A stretch of 64,000 bases of DNA, taken from the NCBI GenBank assembly GCA_965213685.1, contig CBDBZY010000036.1, positions 64,001 to 128,000 of the forward strand, given 5' to 3'. This DNA comes from a bacterium. Lineage in GTDB: Bacteria; UBA8248. Positions 9,304 through 19,229 of this stretch are shown here, piece after piece; within the stretch, counting starts at the first letter, position 1, and each line of letters opens with the position of its first letter. The notes below the pieces were generated by a model. It was not told the DNA's origin and made no database searches. It saw only the letters and a program-made list of their open reading frames with translations. The position numbers and the translations under genes are program-made.

Positions 9304-10317
9304 CTAATTCTTTCCGACCCTTGCCAGCGCAGCCTTGGTGACGCTGGTGTCGACGATGGTTTCATACGACGGAACATTGCCCTTGATTTTTCCCAGGCGC
9401 CTCATGTAGTTCGCGGTGAAGGAAACCGAATCCTTGGGGATGCCGTTGTTCACGCCCCAGATTTTCTCCTGCACGAAGATGTCGTAGGTTTTCGACATCA
9501 CCTCCGGGTTTTTCCTGTACACGGGACGCACCCATTTGGTCGCCGACTTGAGGTATCCCGCCTTGTCCTTGTAGATGGAGCGCGTGGACTGCATTACCGC
9601 CATCGCGAAGCGCACATAGGCGTCCTTGTTCGCCTGAATCTTGGACGACGGCGCGATGAATGCCCCATAGAAGAAGTTCGGCATGGCCTTCCAAAGGTCC
9701 ATCAGCTTGTTGAAGTCGGGCTTTCTCTTCTTCACGACGAGAACCTGCTCGACGTGGATGACCACGGCGTCGGCTTTTCCCTTGAGGAGAAAGGGAACGC
9801 GCGCCGGCGGCGGGGTCTTGATATATTTGACATCCTTGTCGCCCAGGCCCGCCGTTGCGAGCACGGCAAGGGCGCCGAGATGGCTGTATCCGCCGCGCCC
9901 CTCGATGCCGATGGTGTGCCCCTTCAGGTCGGAGGGACGCTTGATCTTGTCGTTCGCGGCCATTTGCGCTTCGTTCAAGAAGGCCATGGAGTGGAAAAAC
10001 TTCATGCCGCTGCCTTTGGTGATGCCCACCATGGCGATGGGCGCCGGCACCCAGGCGGCGTCCAGCCCGCTCAGTTTGCTCGTGATCGCGCGGTGGGTGG
10101 CAACGCCGCCGCGGAAGAATTTTATCTCGACGGCCAGCCCGTGCTTTTCAAAAATTTTGTTGTCCAGCGCATAGAAAACAGGCAGATGCACCATGACCGG
10201 AGGCCGCACGGGCATGCCCAGCACGATCCTGTCGGCAGCCACGGACAGGGCCGGCGCGGTCCATGCCATTCCGGCGAGAAGAAGCAGCGCGCTGAATCCC
10301 ACAAGCATCCTTTTCAT
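9304..10317 (-). CDS. ABC transporter substrate-binding protein, NitT/TauT (SsuA/THI5-like)
   Basis: Signal peptide, DLKGHTIG, GKADA; operon with permease and ATPase. Confidence 0.88.
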   Translation of the reverse strand: MKRMLVGFSALLLLAGMAWTAPALSVAADRIVLGMPVRPPVMVHLPVFYALDNKIFEKHGLAVEIKFFRGGVATHRAITSKLSGLDAAWVPAPIAMVGITKGSGMKFFHSMAFLNEAQMAANDKIKRPSDLKGHTIGIEGRGGYSHLGALAVLATAGLGDKDVKYIKTPPPARVPFLLKGKADAVVIHVEQVLVVKKRKPDFNKLMDLWKAMPNFFYGAFIAPSSKIQANKDAYVRFAMAVMQSTRSIYKDKAGYLKSATKWVRPVYRKNPEVMSKTYDIFVQEKIWGVNNGIPKDSVSFTANYMRRLGKIKGNVPSYETIVDTSVTKAALARVGKN

Positions 10318-10437
10318 CGTCCTCTCCTTACATGAATGGAAAAATCATTCCTCCGCCTTCTCATCATTTTTCCCGCATTTGCGGATACGCCCGCCATTTT
10401 TTCGCCATGCCCCGCGTCAGCCCGCGCGCGTATGCGG

Positions 10438-11262
10438 TCATTCGCTTTGCCGCACCCTCCAGGATGAAAACCTCGTTTCGCAGATGGACACTATTTTCGT
10501 CAAGGCTATCCCAACCACCATCAACAAGACAACGGGCGCCAGCCCCTTGTCCAACTCCAGGTCGCCGATATAGTCCTGGCTCAGCGCCCCCAGCCCGGAG
10601 ATGCTCATCAAGAACTCCGCGACGACCATTCCGACGAGGGCGCGCCCGCACGCTAGCCCCAGTCCCGCGACGAGATAGGGAACGACGCTCGGGAAAATCA
10701 AATCCCGCCACCGCTGGCTCTCCGTGGAGCAAAAAGAGCGCGTCACCTCGAGCAGCGACGCATCTATGTTTCGCACGCCGTGATACACGTTCACGATGAT
10801 CGGCATGATGGCGAAGAAAATGACGATGGTCGTCTTGCCGACAAAATCGACTCCGAGCACCATCGCAATCGGAAATGCGAGCGCCACGACAGGCGTGGCG
10901 TACAGGGCGAACACATAGGTGTCCACCGCGTATTCAAACGTCCGGAAGCGGCCCATGAGAATTCCCAGGACGATGCCGAGCGGAATGGCGATGAGCAGCC
11001 CGGTCACCAGAATCTGCGAACTCTCATATGCGGCGGCCAGCATCTGGCCGTTGACGATCAAATGCCAAAACGCGACGGCTATGGCGCTCGGGTAGCTGAA
11101 CGTGACGGGGTCGATATTCCCGGTTTGCCCCATCAGCTCCCACCCGCCGATGACGACCACCAGGGATATCAGGCGCACATACACGGCGGGCTCGCGGACG
11201 CGCTCCCCCCATGTCTTCTCATCTGTTGATGCGCCTACTGCCGCTGGGGCGTCGGTAGCCAA
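10438..11262 (-). CDS. ABC transporter permease (SsuC/TauC-like)
   Basis: Multi-TM, EAA-like loop, VGMVVAEF...GLG. Confidence 0.9.
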   Translation of the reverse strand: MATDAPAAVGASTDEKTWGERVREPAVYVRLISLVVVIGGWELMGQTGNIDPVTFSYPSAIAVAFWHLIVNGQMLAAAYESSQILVTGLLIAIPLGIVLGILMGRFRTFEYAVDTYVFALYATPVVALAFPIAMVLGVDFVGKTTIVIFFAIMPIIVNVYHGVRNIDASLLEVTRSFCSTESQRWRDLIFPSVVPYLVAGLGLACGRALVGMVVAEFLMSISGLGALSQDYIGDLELDKGLAPVVLLMVVGIALTKIVSICETRFSSWRVRQSE

Positions 11263-11278
11263 GGGCGGGCGCCTCCTC

Positions 11279-12088
11279 CTATCTGGCGAGCAATGCGGGG
11301 GCGGGTTCCGGCTCTCTTTCCGGGTTGCGCATCGCCTCCCAAAGGTAATGGCGCAGCTCCTGGAACCGCTTGCTGCCCCGGATATCCTCGAGGTCCCTGC
11401 CGCGGCCGAATCCGGTGTCGAATTGAAAACGTATTCTTCCCGGGCGCGGGGTCATCACCAAAACGCGATCCCCGAGCAACAGCGCCTCGTCAATGCTGTG
11501 GGTGATGAAAATCATCGCCTTCGGCTCCACCTCGTTGATGCGCAGCAGCTCCTCTTGCAGCGTTTCCCGGGTGAGCGCATCCAGTGCGCCGAACGGCTCG
11601 TCCATCAACAAAACGTCGGGTTGCGCGGCCAGGGCGCGGGCGAGGCCCGCCCTTTGCTGCATCCCGCCGGATAGTTGGGCCGGGTAGTTGCCCTCGAATC
11701 CTCCCAATCCCACCAGTTCCGTGTAATGGCCCACCAGCCTGTTGATCTCGTCCTTGTCCTTCCCCTGTATGCGCAAGGCGTAGCCGATGTTTTGATCCAG
11801 GCGCTTCCAGGGGAAAAGACCGAAGTTCTGAAACACCATGGCCATCTCGGGCCTGGGACCGTTCACGGCTTCTCCCTTGAAGGAAATTTCTCCCCGCTCG
11901 CAAAGGATGAGTCCGTTCACGATGCGCAGAAGCGTCGTCTTTCCGCACCCGCTGGGACCCAGAACCGTCAGGATTTCCTGTGTCCTCACCTCGATGTTGA
12001 TTCCGTCCAGCACCTGGAGGGGGCCGAACCATTTCTCGACCCCCTCCAGCCGCAGCGTCGGATTTGCATGGGTATCGGGTAGCGACAT
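11279..12088 (-). CDS. ABC transporter ATP-binding protein
   Basis: GPSGCGKTT, LSGGMQQR, LLMDEPF, ITHS. Confidence 0.95.
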   Translation of the reverse strand: MSLPDTHANPTLRLEGVEKWFGPLQVLDGINIEVRTQEILTVLGPSGCGKTTLLRIVNGLILCERGEISFKGEAVNGPRPEMAMVFQNFGLFPWKRLDQNIGYALRIQGKDKDEINRLVGHYTELVGLGGFEGNYPAQLSGGMQQRAGLARALAAQPDVLLMDEPFGALDALTRETLQEELLRINEVEPKAMIFITHSIDEALLLGDRVLVMTPRPGRIRFQFDTGFGRGRDLEDIRGSKRFQELRHYLWEAMRNPEREPEPAPALLAR

Positions 12089-12323
12089 GTGTGCGAAAAT
12101 TCCTGTTGAGAAAAGCGCTCTGACGGATTCCGCTCAGATGGAACTATGCTCGGGCGCATATGTTTCGGCCAGAGACGGGCCAGCAATATCATCATCCACC
12201 AAACAACTATCCAAACAACGCTTGTTGCGTCGTCAGAGCGCCTGTCGATGAATGGGGAATCCTATCATCCTTTGAGAGGGGGGGCAAACGTGCGGGTTTC
12301 CCCTCCCTCCTCCCCTCCCCTCG

Positions 12324-12716
12324 CTACTCCTCGCCGACGACGGCTATCGCCTGTATTTCGACCATCATTTCCGGCTTGGCGAAACCCGCCACCGTAATCA
12401 GGGCACTGCACGGATATCCGTCCGGAAAATACGCCTTTCGCAACTCGACGAACCGATCCCCGCACCTGACGTCCAGAACAAACACCGTCATCGTGACAAT
12501 ATCCTGGAGCCTTCCGCCGGCCCCCTCCAGAGTCCGCCCGATCTGGCGAAACGAGGCGTGGACCTGCGCGTCAAAATCGCCCGCCAGCACCCTCCCCTCC
12601 TCGTCTCGCCACACGCCCACTCCGGCCAGCCATATGTGCTCGCCTCCCCTTGTTTTCACGGCGGGCGAGAACGAGCGCTCCTCCTGCCATGTGCCGGGAA
12701 AATACTCGCGTGTCAT
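12324..12716 (-). CDS. RidA/YjgF family protein
   Basis: FSPAV, YPCSALI, MVEIQAIAV; ATGA overlap with MFS stop. Confidence 0.88.
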   Translation of the reverse strand: MTREYFPGTWQEERSFSPAVKTRGGEHIWLAGVGVWRDEEGRVLAGDFDAQVHASFRQIGRTLEGAGGRLQDIVTMTVFVLDVRCGDRFVELRKAYFPDGYPCSALITVAGFAKPEMMVEIQAIAVVGEE

Positions 12717-13939
12717 TTTGCCCCTCCTGGAATGATCGCGCTTTGCGTTTTTCCGCTCAATTTCATGGACGCTGCCACAGCCAGCCAACTCATCGTCGCA
12801 AAGCAAAGGTAGCTCGCATCCAAACCCATGCGCTCGGCGATCCATCCGCCGAACAACGGGGCGATAAAGCTGAAGCCATGACAGGCGTACACAAAACCGA
12901 CGGACGAGGCCAGAATGTCTTCTTCCGAAAAATCGGCCGTTGCGGTGAGAATGATCGGGCTTACAAACCCTACAGCACCAGCGAGGGCCGAGAGGATGAT
13001 CAGGCCTGTCTGCCACTCGATGAAGGGCATGGCGAAAGCGATGCCTCCCAACAACAGCAAAGGCCAGAACAGGGCGGAGCGGGCACCCGAGCGGTTATAC
13101 AAAACTCCCATCAAAGGCTTGCACAATATGCCGAACCCGAAATGAAGCGATATGGCGACCCCGATTTGCGCGGTGCTCATTCCCAGTTTCGATGTCGCCA
13201 ACAGAGGCAGGAAGCCTATCATCCCCTTGGCGCACATGCTTCTGAGCATATACGTCATTGCGAGCCACACCGTATGCCTGTTCTCCACAACCCGCCGGAC
13301 GATGGCCAGAACTCCCAAATCCGCGGGTTTTCCCGTTTGCTCTCCGGCTTTGTGCCTTCCCTCATCAAAGCGAACGCCCACCAAGGGCATCAGGAGCATG
13401 GCGGGTGCCGCGCAAACGGCAAGTGCGGCGCGCCAGCCATACACGGCGGCCGCCGCCGCTTGCGCCAGCGGGATGACGCTAGTCCCCACATTGCCGCCCA
13501 GGCTATGCCATGAAATGGCGAATGCGCGATCGTGCGGAAAACGCGCTGCCGTCAATGCCGTTCCGCATGGATGGTAGACCGAGTTTCCCGCTCCTGCGAG
13601 AAACGCCAGGACGCTTAACGTCCCAAAACGACTTGCCCAGAGCATGGCGATGAAAGACGCGGCGGAAACGCACATCCCCGCCAACAGCATGCGCTTTCTG
13701 CTGCCGGTATTGTCCGCCAGAATCGACAGGGGATACTGAAAGACCATAGCGCCCAAGGTAAAGCAACTGAGCAAAGCGCCCGCTTCAAAGGGGGAGAGTT
13801 TCAGGTCTGCGATGATGAGCGCCAGAACCGGCACCAGCATGTTGCTGAACCCGTCGCTCAACCCGTGGGCCATGCCGAGCAAACTTAAGTCGAAATAATC
13901 CCGAAGTCCCCATATCGGCTTTTGTTCGGGCGGAGTCAT
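12713..13939 (-). CDS. MFS transporter (Fsr-like)
   Basis: About 12 TM segments, GNSVYHP, GGNVG. Confidence 0.9.
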   Translation of the reverse strand: MTPPEQKPIWGLRDYFDLSLLGMAHGLSDGFSNMLVPVLALIIADLKLSPFEAGALLSCFTLGAMVFQYPLSILADNTGSRKRMLLAGMCVSAASFIAMLWASRFGTLSVLAFLAGAGNSVYHPCGTALTAARFPHDRAFAISWHSLGGNVGTSVIPLAQAAAAAVYGWRAALAVCAAPAMLLMPLVGVRFDEGRHKAGEQTGKPADLGVLAIVRRVVENRHTVWLAMTYMLRSMCAKGMIGFLPLLATSKLGMSTAQIGVAISLHFGFGILCKPLMGVLYNRSGARSALFWPLLLLGGIAFAMPFIEWQTGLIILSALAGAVGFVSPIILTATADFSEEDILASSVGFVYACHGFSFIAPLFGGWIAERMGLDASYLCFATMSWLAVAASMKLSGKTQSAIIPGGAK

Positions 13940-14931
13940 GGAGGGGAAGGCATATCCCGCCAGGCGGGAATGACGCCCCCGCCATCGGCCGACATGACCG
14001 CCCGGCAGATGGCGCGGCTCACAGTCGCCACGGCGGACGCCCCGACAACGTCAAGGGGCGCGTCATGCTCCCCCTGGGAGAGGGCGAAAACCATGTCGCC
14101 ATCGACCGTCGTGTAGGAGGGACGAACGGAGCGGATGAGTCCATTGGCCGCCAGCTGGGCCAGTTTGTGCGTCTCCGGCTTCGTCAGCCTGGCGTCCGTC
14201 GCCACAACCACCAGGGTCGTGTTCTCCGAAGTGTTGGAGAAGCCCTCGAACGGCCTTCCCTGGGTGCGCAGATGCTCTTCGGTATCGACGAGGCCGCGCC
14301 CGGGCGGCATCGCCCGCGCCCCGGCGACGGGGCTCCCCGTGTCCGGGTCATACACGCCGCCGAAGGCGTTCACGGCGGCCACCGCGCCGACGACGCCCCC
14401 CTGGGGCAGTCTCATGCTCGCCGTCCCCACCCCCCCCTTCATGGCGCGCTCCATCCCCAGGAGCTTTCCGACGGTGGCGCCCGCCCCCGCCCCCACGCTC
14501 CCCTGGGGACCCTCGGCGTTCGAGGCCGCCTCACACGCCGCGCGACCCATCCGGGCGTCCGGACGCACCCGGCCGTCCCCGAAATGCAAATCGAACAGGA
14601 CGCCGGCGGCCACTGTGGGAACGTTGAAGCGTCCTGTGGGAAAGCCCCTGCCCTGCTCCTCGAGGAAGGACATGACCCCATCGGCCGCAGCGAGGCCGAA
14701 CGCGCTGCCCCCCGTCAGGAGAATCGCATCCACGCTGCCGACGAGGTGTTCCGAGCGCAGGGCGTCCATGCCGCGCGAGGCCGTCGCCGTGCCACGCAGC
14801 TCGCAGGCGCCGACGGTTCCGGGCGGGCACAGGACTACGGAGACGCCCGTCCTGGCTTCCTCGTCATGCGCGTGCCCCAGGTAAAAGCCCGGGACGTCGG
14901 TCAGGCAACCCGTGATGTCGGCGAGATTCAG
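13936..14931 (-). CDS. P1/S58 family peptidase (DmpA-like), probable CTG start
   Basis: In-frame extension LTDVPGFYLGHAHDEEARTGVSVVL upstream of the called ATG; LTGGSAFGL, ENTTL, DGDMVF; GAGGAG 8 nt before CTG 14931. Confidence 0.85.
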   Translation of the reverse strand: MNLADITGCLTDVPGFYLGHAHDEEARTGVSVVLCPPGTVGACELRGTATASRGMDALRSEHLVGSVDAILLTGGSAFGLAAADGVMSFLEEQGRGFPTGRFNVPTVAAGVLFDLHFGDGRVRPDARMGRAACEAASNAEGPQGSVGAGAGATVGKLLGMERAMKGGVGTASMRLPQGGVVGAVAAVNAFGGVYDPDTGSPVAGARAMPPGRGLVDTEEHLRTQGRPFEGFSNTSENTTLVVVATDARLTKPETHKLAQLAANGLIRSVRPSYTTVDGDMVFALSQGEHDAPLDVVGASAVATVSRAICRAVMSADGGGVIPAWRDMPSPP

Positions 14932-14975
14932 GTGAATGGCTCCTCGTTTCCGCGCACTGGCAAAGCCGCCATTTT

Positions 14976-15635
14976 TTACTCCGCGACGGGCAACTCGCCG
15001 GGTGCGCGGCCAGGCAATTCGCCTGTTTCCAGAATGCTGTCAATGACATGTCGGTATTGCTCCGTCGGCACCGCGCCGACGAGAACCGCCCTGTCATTCA
15101 CGACGACGGAGGGGATGCCCGTGATGCCCAGGTTCGTGGCTTCGAGGTGCTCCTTGACGGCCTTTTGGCGCAATCCTCCACTTTCGAGGTCGTCCCGGAA
15201 CCTGTCCATGTCCAAGCCGCTTTTCTCCGCCACGTCATACACGACCTTTTTGTCCGATATGTTCCGGTTTTCCGTGAAGAAGGCGGACAGAAGGGCGTCA
15301 TGGAACGCTTCCCACGCCTCCTGCCCCTGAAGCCTGGCGGCCAGCCCGGCCTCTGCGGACGGCATGGAGCAGTTCGGGAACTCCTCCCCGTTCGCATCCC
15401 ACATCGCGAACGTCCCGGAATCCGGCTGGGAGTTCGCGTTCGTCCAGTGATTCCTGCGGTAGTCGTTGAACACCGCAGATGGGTCCGGCTCGGGCCGCAG
15501 CATGAAAACCCTGTAGTGAACGTCTACTTTTTCTCCGTACTCTTCCTTGATCTTCTTCAGGCGCACGGCCGAATTGAAGCACCAGGGTCACAAAAAATCG
15601 CTATACACCGTAAATCGCACACGCTCGCTGTCCAT
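14976..15635 (-). CDS. DsbA/FrnE-like thiol oxidoreductase, predicted selenoprotein (UPWC)
   Basis: MDSERVRFTVYSDFL-TGA(15590-15588)-PWC continues in frame into the DsbA body; cis-Pro loop GITGIPS; downstream hairpin. Confidence 0.88.
15545..15587 (-). promoter_or_regulatory. putative bacterial SECIS element
   Basis: Right after UGA, CUUCA...UGAAG stem with inner GGC-CGUGC-GCC hairpin. Confidence 0.55.
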
Positions 15636-15698
15636 TATCGCATCCCTCTTCTCATTTCATCGGGGCGGCGGTTCCTCCAGAGATGATACACGGGGAAA

Positions 15699-16586
15699 TC
15701 ACGTTTTCGCACCCGCCATGCGCACCCGCACCTTTTCTCCGAGCCCGGCCTGGAGCAACCGGGCGGCGCTTCCCTCGGGCACGAAAACCTCCAGTCGCTT
15801 CCAGCTGTTGAATTGCGCGCCCAGCGCGCCCGCCTCGACCGCCTGATAGTACGGGCTCACCCCGTCGATGACGTGACCGCCGATTTCAATGACCGGAGAA
15901 TGCGCGGAATCGTCCTCCGTGTATTCAAAACGCCAAAAAACCGTCGTGTCGATGTTTGTCACCAGGTTTCCGTAGTGATCGACATAGATCACCTCGCCGG
16001 AGATCGCGTCGTCCTCCTCGAAGCGGACGCGCGGGGAGACGAACCGGACCGGGTCGGTGATGACGCGCCCGAATTCTTGCGGGGGAACTCCGCAAGACAG
16101 GTGGGCGGCGACCGGCGCGAAAACATCCCTGCCATGAAAGGTGGAACTCACCTCGTCCAGAAAAAAGGCGTCCTCCTCAATCTCTCTTGTCCACATGTGG
16201 AGCGGGTCGTCAAACACCGCGGAAAACACGCCGTTGTCCGGCCCCACAAAATAGTAGTTCTGCGTAGCGGTGATCACTCCCCTGCGCCCGCTCCCCACGC
16301 CAGGGTCCACAACGGCCACATGGATAGTCCCGCGCGGAAAATAGGGCGCCGAGGAGCCGAGAATCAGCGATGCGCCCCTGACGTCATACGGCCGGATGGA
16401 GTGCGTGACGTCCACGATACGGGCCGCCGGGTTCGTCGCCAGGATGACGCCCTTCATCACTCCCGTATAGTGCTCGTCGGCCCCGAAATCGGTCAGGAGC
16501 GTGATGAGCGGCCGCGCGCCGCTGTCCTCTCCATAATCAGGGGCGTTTTCCTCAAAAGGCCCCGGTTGCGATTGCTCGTCCGTCAT
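15699..16586 (-). CDS. SAM hydroxide adenosyltransferase (DUF62; chlorinase/fluorinase family)
   Basis: TLLTDFG, VVDPGVG, GPDNG, STFHGRDVFAP, DHYGNLVTN. Confidence 0.92.
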   Translation of the reverse strand: MTDEQSQPGPFEENAPDYGEDSGARPLITLLTDFGADEHYTGVMKGVILATNPAARIVDVTHSIRPYDVRGASLILGSSAPYFPRGTIHVAVVDPGVGSGRRGVITATQNYYFVGPDNGVFSAVFDDPLHMWTREIEEDAFFLDEVSSTFHGRDVFAPVAAHLSCGVPPQEFGRVITDPVRFVSPRVRFEEDDAISGEVIYVDHYGNLVTNIDTTVFWRFEYTEDDSAHSPVIEIGGHVIDGVSPYYQAVEAGALGAQFNSWKRLEVFVPEGSAARLLQAGLGEKVRVRMAGAKT

Positions 16587-17995
16587 CGAACAGGCTCTCC
16601 CCACAGGAAGTCCGCTCTCGCGGCAACGGGCCGGGATGCGTTTGTTTTCGGCACGGAGCCCAGGCGCATCCGAAGCGTGCGCCCCATGCAATCGTCCGGG
16701 CCGGAAGCCAGCACCCGGACGTAATTGTCCGACAGGCCGGTGAGGAAACCATCCTCCGTTCGCCTGCTTTCGAACAGCACGTCCGCCTCTGTGCCCGTTT
16801 GCGAGGAGACGAACGCGGTCCATTTCCTGTGCCCCAGCTCCTGGAGTGCGCGGACGCGATTTTTTTGCTCGCCGCGCGAAATTCTTCCCGGCATCCGGAT
16901 GGCCGGCGTTCCCTCGCGCGGCGAATACGGGAACACGTGCAGATACGCCAGCGGAGACTCCCGCACCCACTCCATGGTGCGCTCAAACGCCCGTCCGCTC
17001 TCGCCGGGGAATCCCACGATAAAATCTCCGCCCAGGCACGCCCCGTCTATTCCGTTCGCCACCTCCTCGAAACGGCGCGCGCATCGGGCGGCGGTGTAAT
17101 TGCGGTTCATCGCCCCCAGAGTCGCATCGTCCCCGCTTTGCACGGGGATATGAAAATGCCGGCATACGTAACTCTCCCCGGCCGCCGCACCCGGTCGATA
17201 CGCCTCGTTCGCCACAACGCGCACAAGCTCGCGCGTGAATTCGCCCGGCTCCACGGAGGAGAGCCGCAGGCGGAACCTCCCCTTCATTTCCAGCAATCGC
17301 TTCACCAGGCGGCTCAAGGTGCTGCGCGGCTTCCTGTCCCTGCCGTATGCGCCGAGATGAACGCCGGTGAGCACCAGCTCCTCGTGCCCGCCCGACAGGA
17401 GCAAGGCGGCGTGCTTCACGCATGCGTCCGGGTCGAGCGAGCGGCTCCTCCCGCGGGCGATTGTCGTTGCGCAAAAGGCGCAGGAAAAATCGCACCCGTC
17501 CTGCACCTTGAGGTATGCCCGCGTCCGGCTCCCGAACGGGTGCAGGACGACGCTTTCGATGTCGCGCACCTCCTCTATGGGAGAGGCCCGCACCGCCGGC
17601 CCCCCGTCGCCGGAAAGCGGTTTTTCCAGCTCCTCCGGGAGGCGCATCTTCTCGCTGTTGCCGAGCAGCAGGTCCGCTTCCGGAATCAGCATGTTGTCCG
17701 CGTTGGCCTGGGCGGAGCATCCCGCTATGACAACCCGGGCGTCCGCACCGCCCATCCGGCGCGCCCGGCGCGCGAGTCGCCTGCCCTCGCGGTCGGCCTC
17801 CGCCGTCACCGTGCAGGTATTCACCACGTAGACGTCCGCCTCGCCGTTGAACGGGACAAGCTCGAAGCCTGCATCCGCGCACAGGTGCTTCATGGCCTCG
17901 CCTTCGGCGTGGTTGAGCTTGCAGCCCAGATTTGTCAGGGCGAGGCGTCGGGGCTTCGCTCTGCGGGTCCTCGTGCCTTCGCCGGCCGGGTTCAT
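16583..17995 (-). CDS. mtaB: tRNA t6A37 methylthiotransferase
   Basis: LGCKLN, NTCTVT, KVQDGCDFSCAFC, RLSSVEP, HVFPYSPREGT, C-terminal TRAM. Confidence 0.9.
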   Translation of the reverse strand: MNPAGEGTRTRRAKPRRLALTNLGCKLNHAEGEAMKHLCADAGFELVPFNGEADVYVVNTCTVTAEADREGRRLARRARRMGGADARVVIAGCSAQANADNMLIPEADLLLGNSEKMRLPEELEKPLSGDGGPAVRASPIEEVRDIESVVLHPFGSRTRAYLKVQDGCDFSCAFCATTIARGRSRSLDPDACVKHAALLLSGGHEELVLTGVHLGAYGRDRKPRSTLSRLVKRLLEMKGRFRLRLSSVEPGEFTRELVRVVANEAYRPGAAAGESYVCRHFHIPVQSGDDATLGAMNRNYTAARCARRFEEVANGIDGACLGGDFIVGFPGESGRAFERTMEWVRESPLAYLHVFPYSPREGTPAIRMPGRISRGEQKNRVRALQELGHRKWTAFVSSQTGTEADVLFESRRTEDGFLTGLSDNYVRVLASGPDDCMGRTLRMRLGSVPKTNASRPVAARADFLWGEPVR

Positions 17996-18089
17996 GCGCG
18001 TTGTCCGTCCATATAGAAAAGGATAAAAAAGGGCGTTTCCGTAGCGAATCTTACGCCCTGCATAAATTGGCCCGCAAGGGCTATCCCGC

Positions 18090-18119
18090 TTGACTTGGCA
18101 GAGGCGCAGTTGGTAGTGT
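18090..18119 (+). promoter_or_regulatory. putative sigma70 promoter of the coxMSDE-like operon
   Basis: TTGACT, 18-nt spacer, TAGTGT preceded by TG. Confidence 0.4.
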
Positions 18120-18306
18120 AGGCAGGCTCGCTTCAGAGTGAGAGAGGCACTTGTCTGGCCAGCCCGCTTGGGGAGGGATGAACCGGTCATCGCGCTCTGG
18201 GCGTTTTCCCTGGTTCCCTTCTGTCAGGTATCATTCGGCACCGGTTTTCTTTGTTGCGGTAGAAGTTGATATATTCTATCCAGCGCATGCAGGGAGAGAT
18301 TTTATA

Positions 18307-19179
18307 GTGTCTACCCGTGGTTTTGACTTCGTGGCTCCGACGACCATATCAGCGACCCTCCGGGCGGCAAAGGACAAGAGCGCAAAGTTCATCGCCGGCG
18401 GCACCAACTTCATGCCCGATCTCAGACATCAGCACGAGGCCCCGGCAGAAGTCGTGATTGACCTCATGAGAGTTTCCGCGCTCCGGGGGATATCCGCATC
18501 CAAGGGCGAGGTAAAACTCGGCGCCCTCACGACGATGACGGATTTGCTCGTCAACAAGGTCATCCTCAAGGAAGCGCCCGTCCTGGCGGAAATGTCCGCG
18601 AAGTTTGCCGGGCCGGTCATACGCAATCGCGCCACGGTGGCCGGCAACATCATCGACGGAGGCCCCGCCGCCGACGCCGTCCCCCCCCTGCTCGCCCTCA
18701 AGGCGAAGGTAAGGCTCGTCCGAGAGAAGGGAAGAAGAGCGGTGGATTTGGACAAATTCCTCACCGGGTACCGTCAAACGGCTATCAGGCCAGGAGAGTT
18801 GATCGCCAGCGTGACCTTCCCCGCGCCAGGCAGGAGCCACCGGTGGGGGTATTACAAACTGGCCCGCCGAAACGCCATGGCCATCACCGTAGTCGGCGTG
18901 GCGATCGTCCTGAAGATGAGGGGCCAAAAGGTGCAGGAGGCGGGGATTTCGCTGGGCTCCGTGACGCCGGCGCCCATCCGCTGCTATGAAGCCGAGAAAA
19001 TCCTGGAAGGCAACGTCGTGGATTTGGAGCTGGCGCAAAAGGCCGCTGAGGCTTGCGCCGCCGTGGCGACGCCGATTGACGACATCCGGGCATCCGCGGA
19101 ATACCGCAAGCTCATGTGCGAGGTCTTGCCGCGCCGTCTCATTTGCCAGGCGCTGGATATCCCGCAAGACAACGAATAG
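18307..19179 (+). CDS. molybdo-hydroxylase FAD subunit (CoxM/CutM-like)
   Basis: AGGTN, IRNRATVAGN, DDIRASAEYR. Confidence 0.92.
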   Translation: MSTRGFDFVAPTTISATLRAAKDKSAKFIAGGTNFMPDLRHQHEAPAEVVIDLMRVSALRGISASKGEVKLGALTTMTDLLVNKVILKEAPVLAEMSAKFAGPVIRNRATVAGNIIDGGPAADAVPPLLALKAKVRLVREKGRRAVDLDKFLTGYRQTAIRPGELIASVTFPAPGRSHRWGYYKLARRNAMAITVVGVAIVLKMRGQKVQEAGISLGSVTPAPIRCYEAEKILEGNVVDLELAQKAAEACAAVATPIDDIRASAEYRKLMCEVLPRRLICQALDIPQDNE

Positions 19180-19229
19180 CGGACAGACATCATCCGTCTT
19201 GGAATGTATTGATTGGAGAATCTCCCGAC

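Noticed and set aside
15699-16586. Fluorinase or chlorinase for halometabolite synthesis
   Set aside because: Has the DUF62-type Asp/Arg/His motifs (DPGVG..RR, TFHGRD), no evident fluorinase loop insertion, and no biosynthetic cluster context
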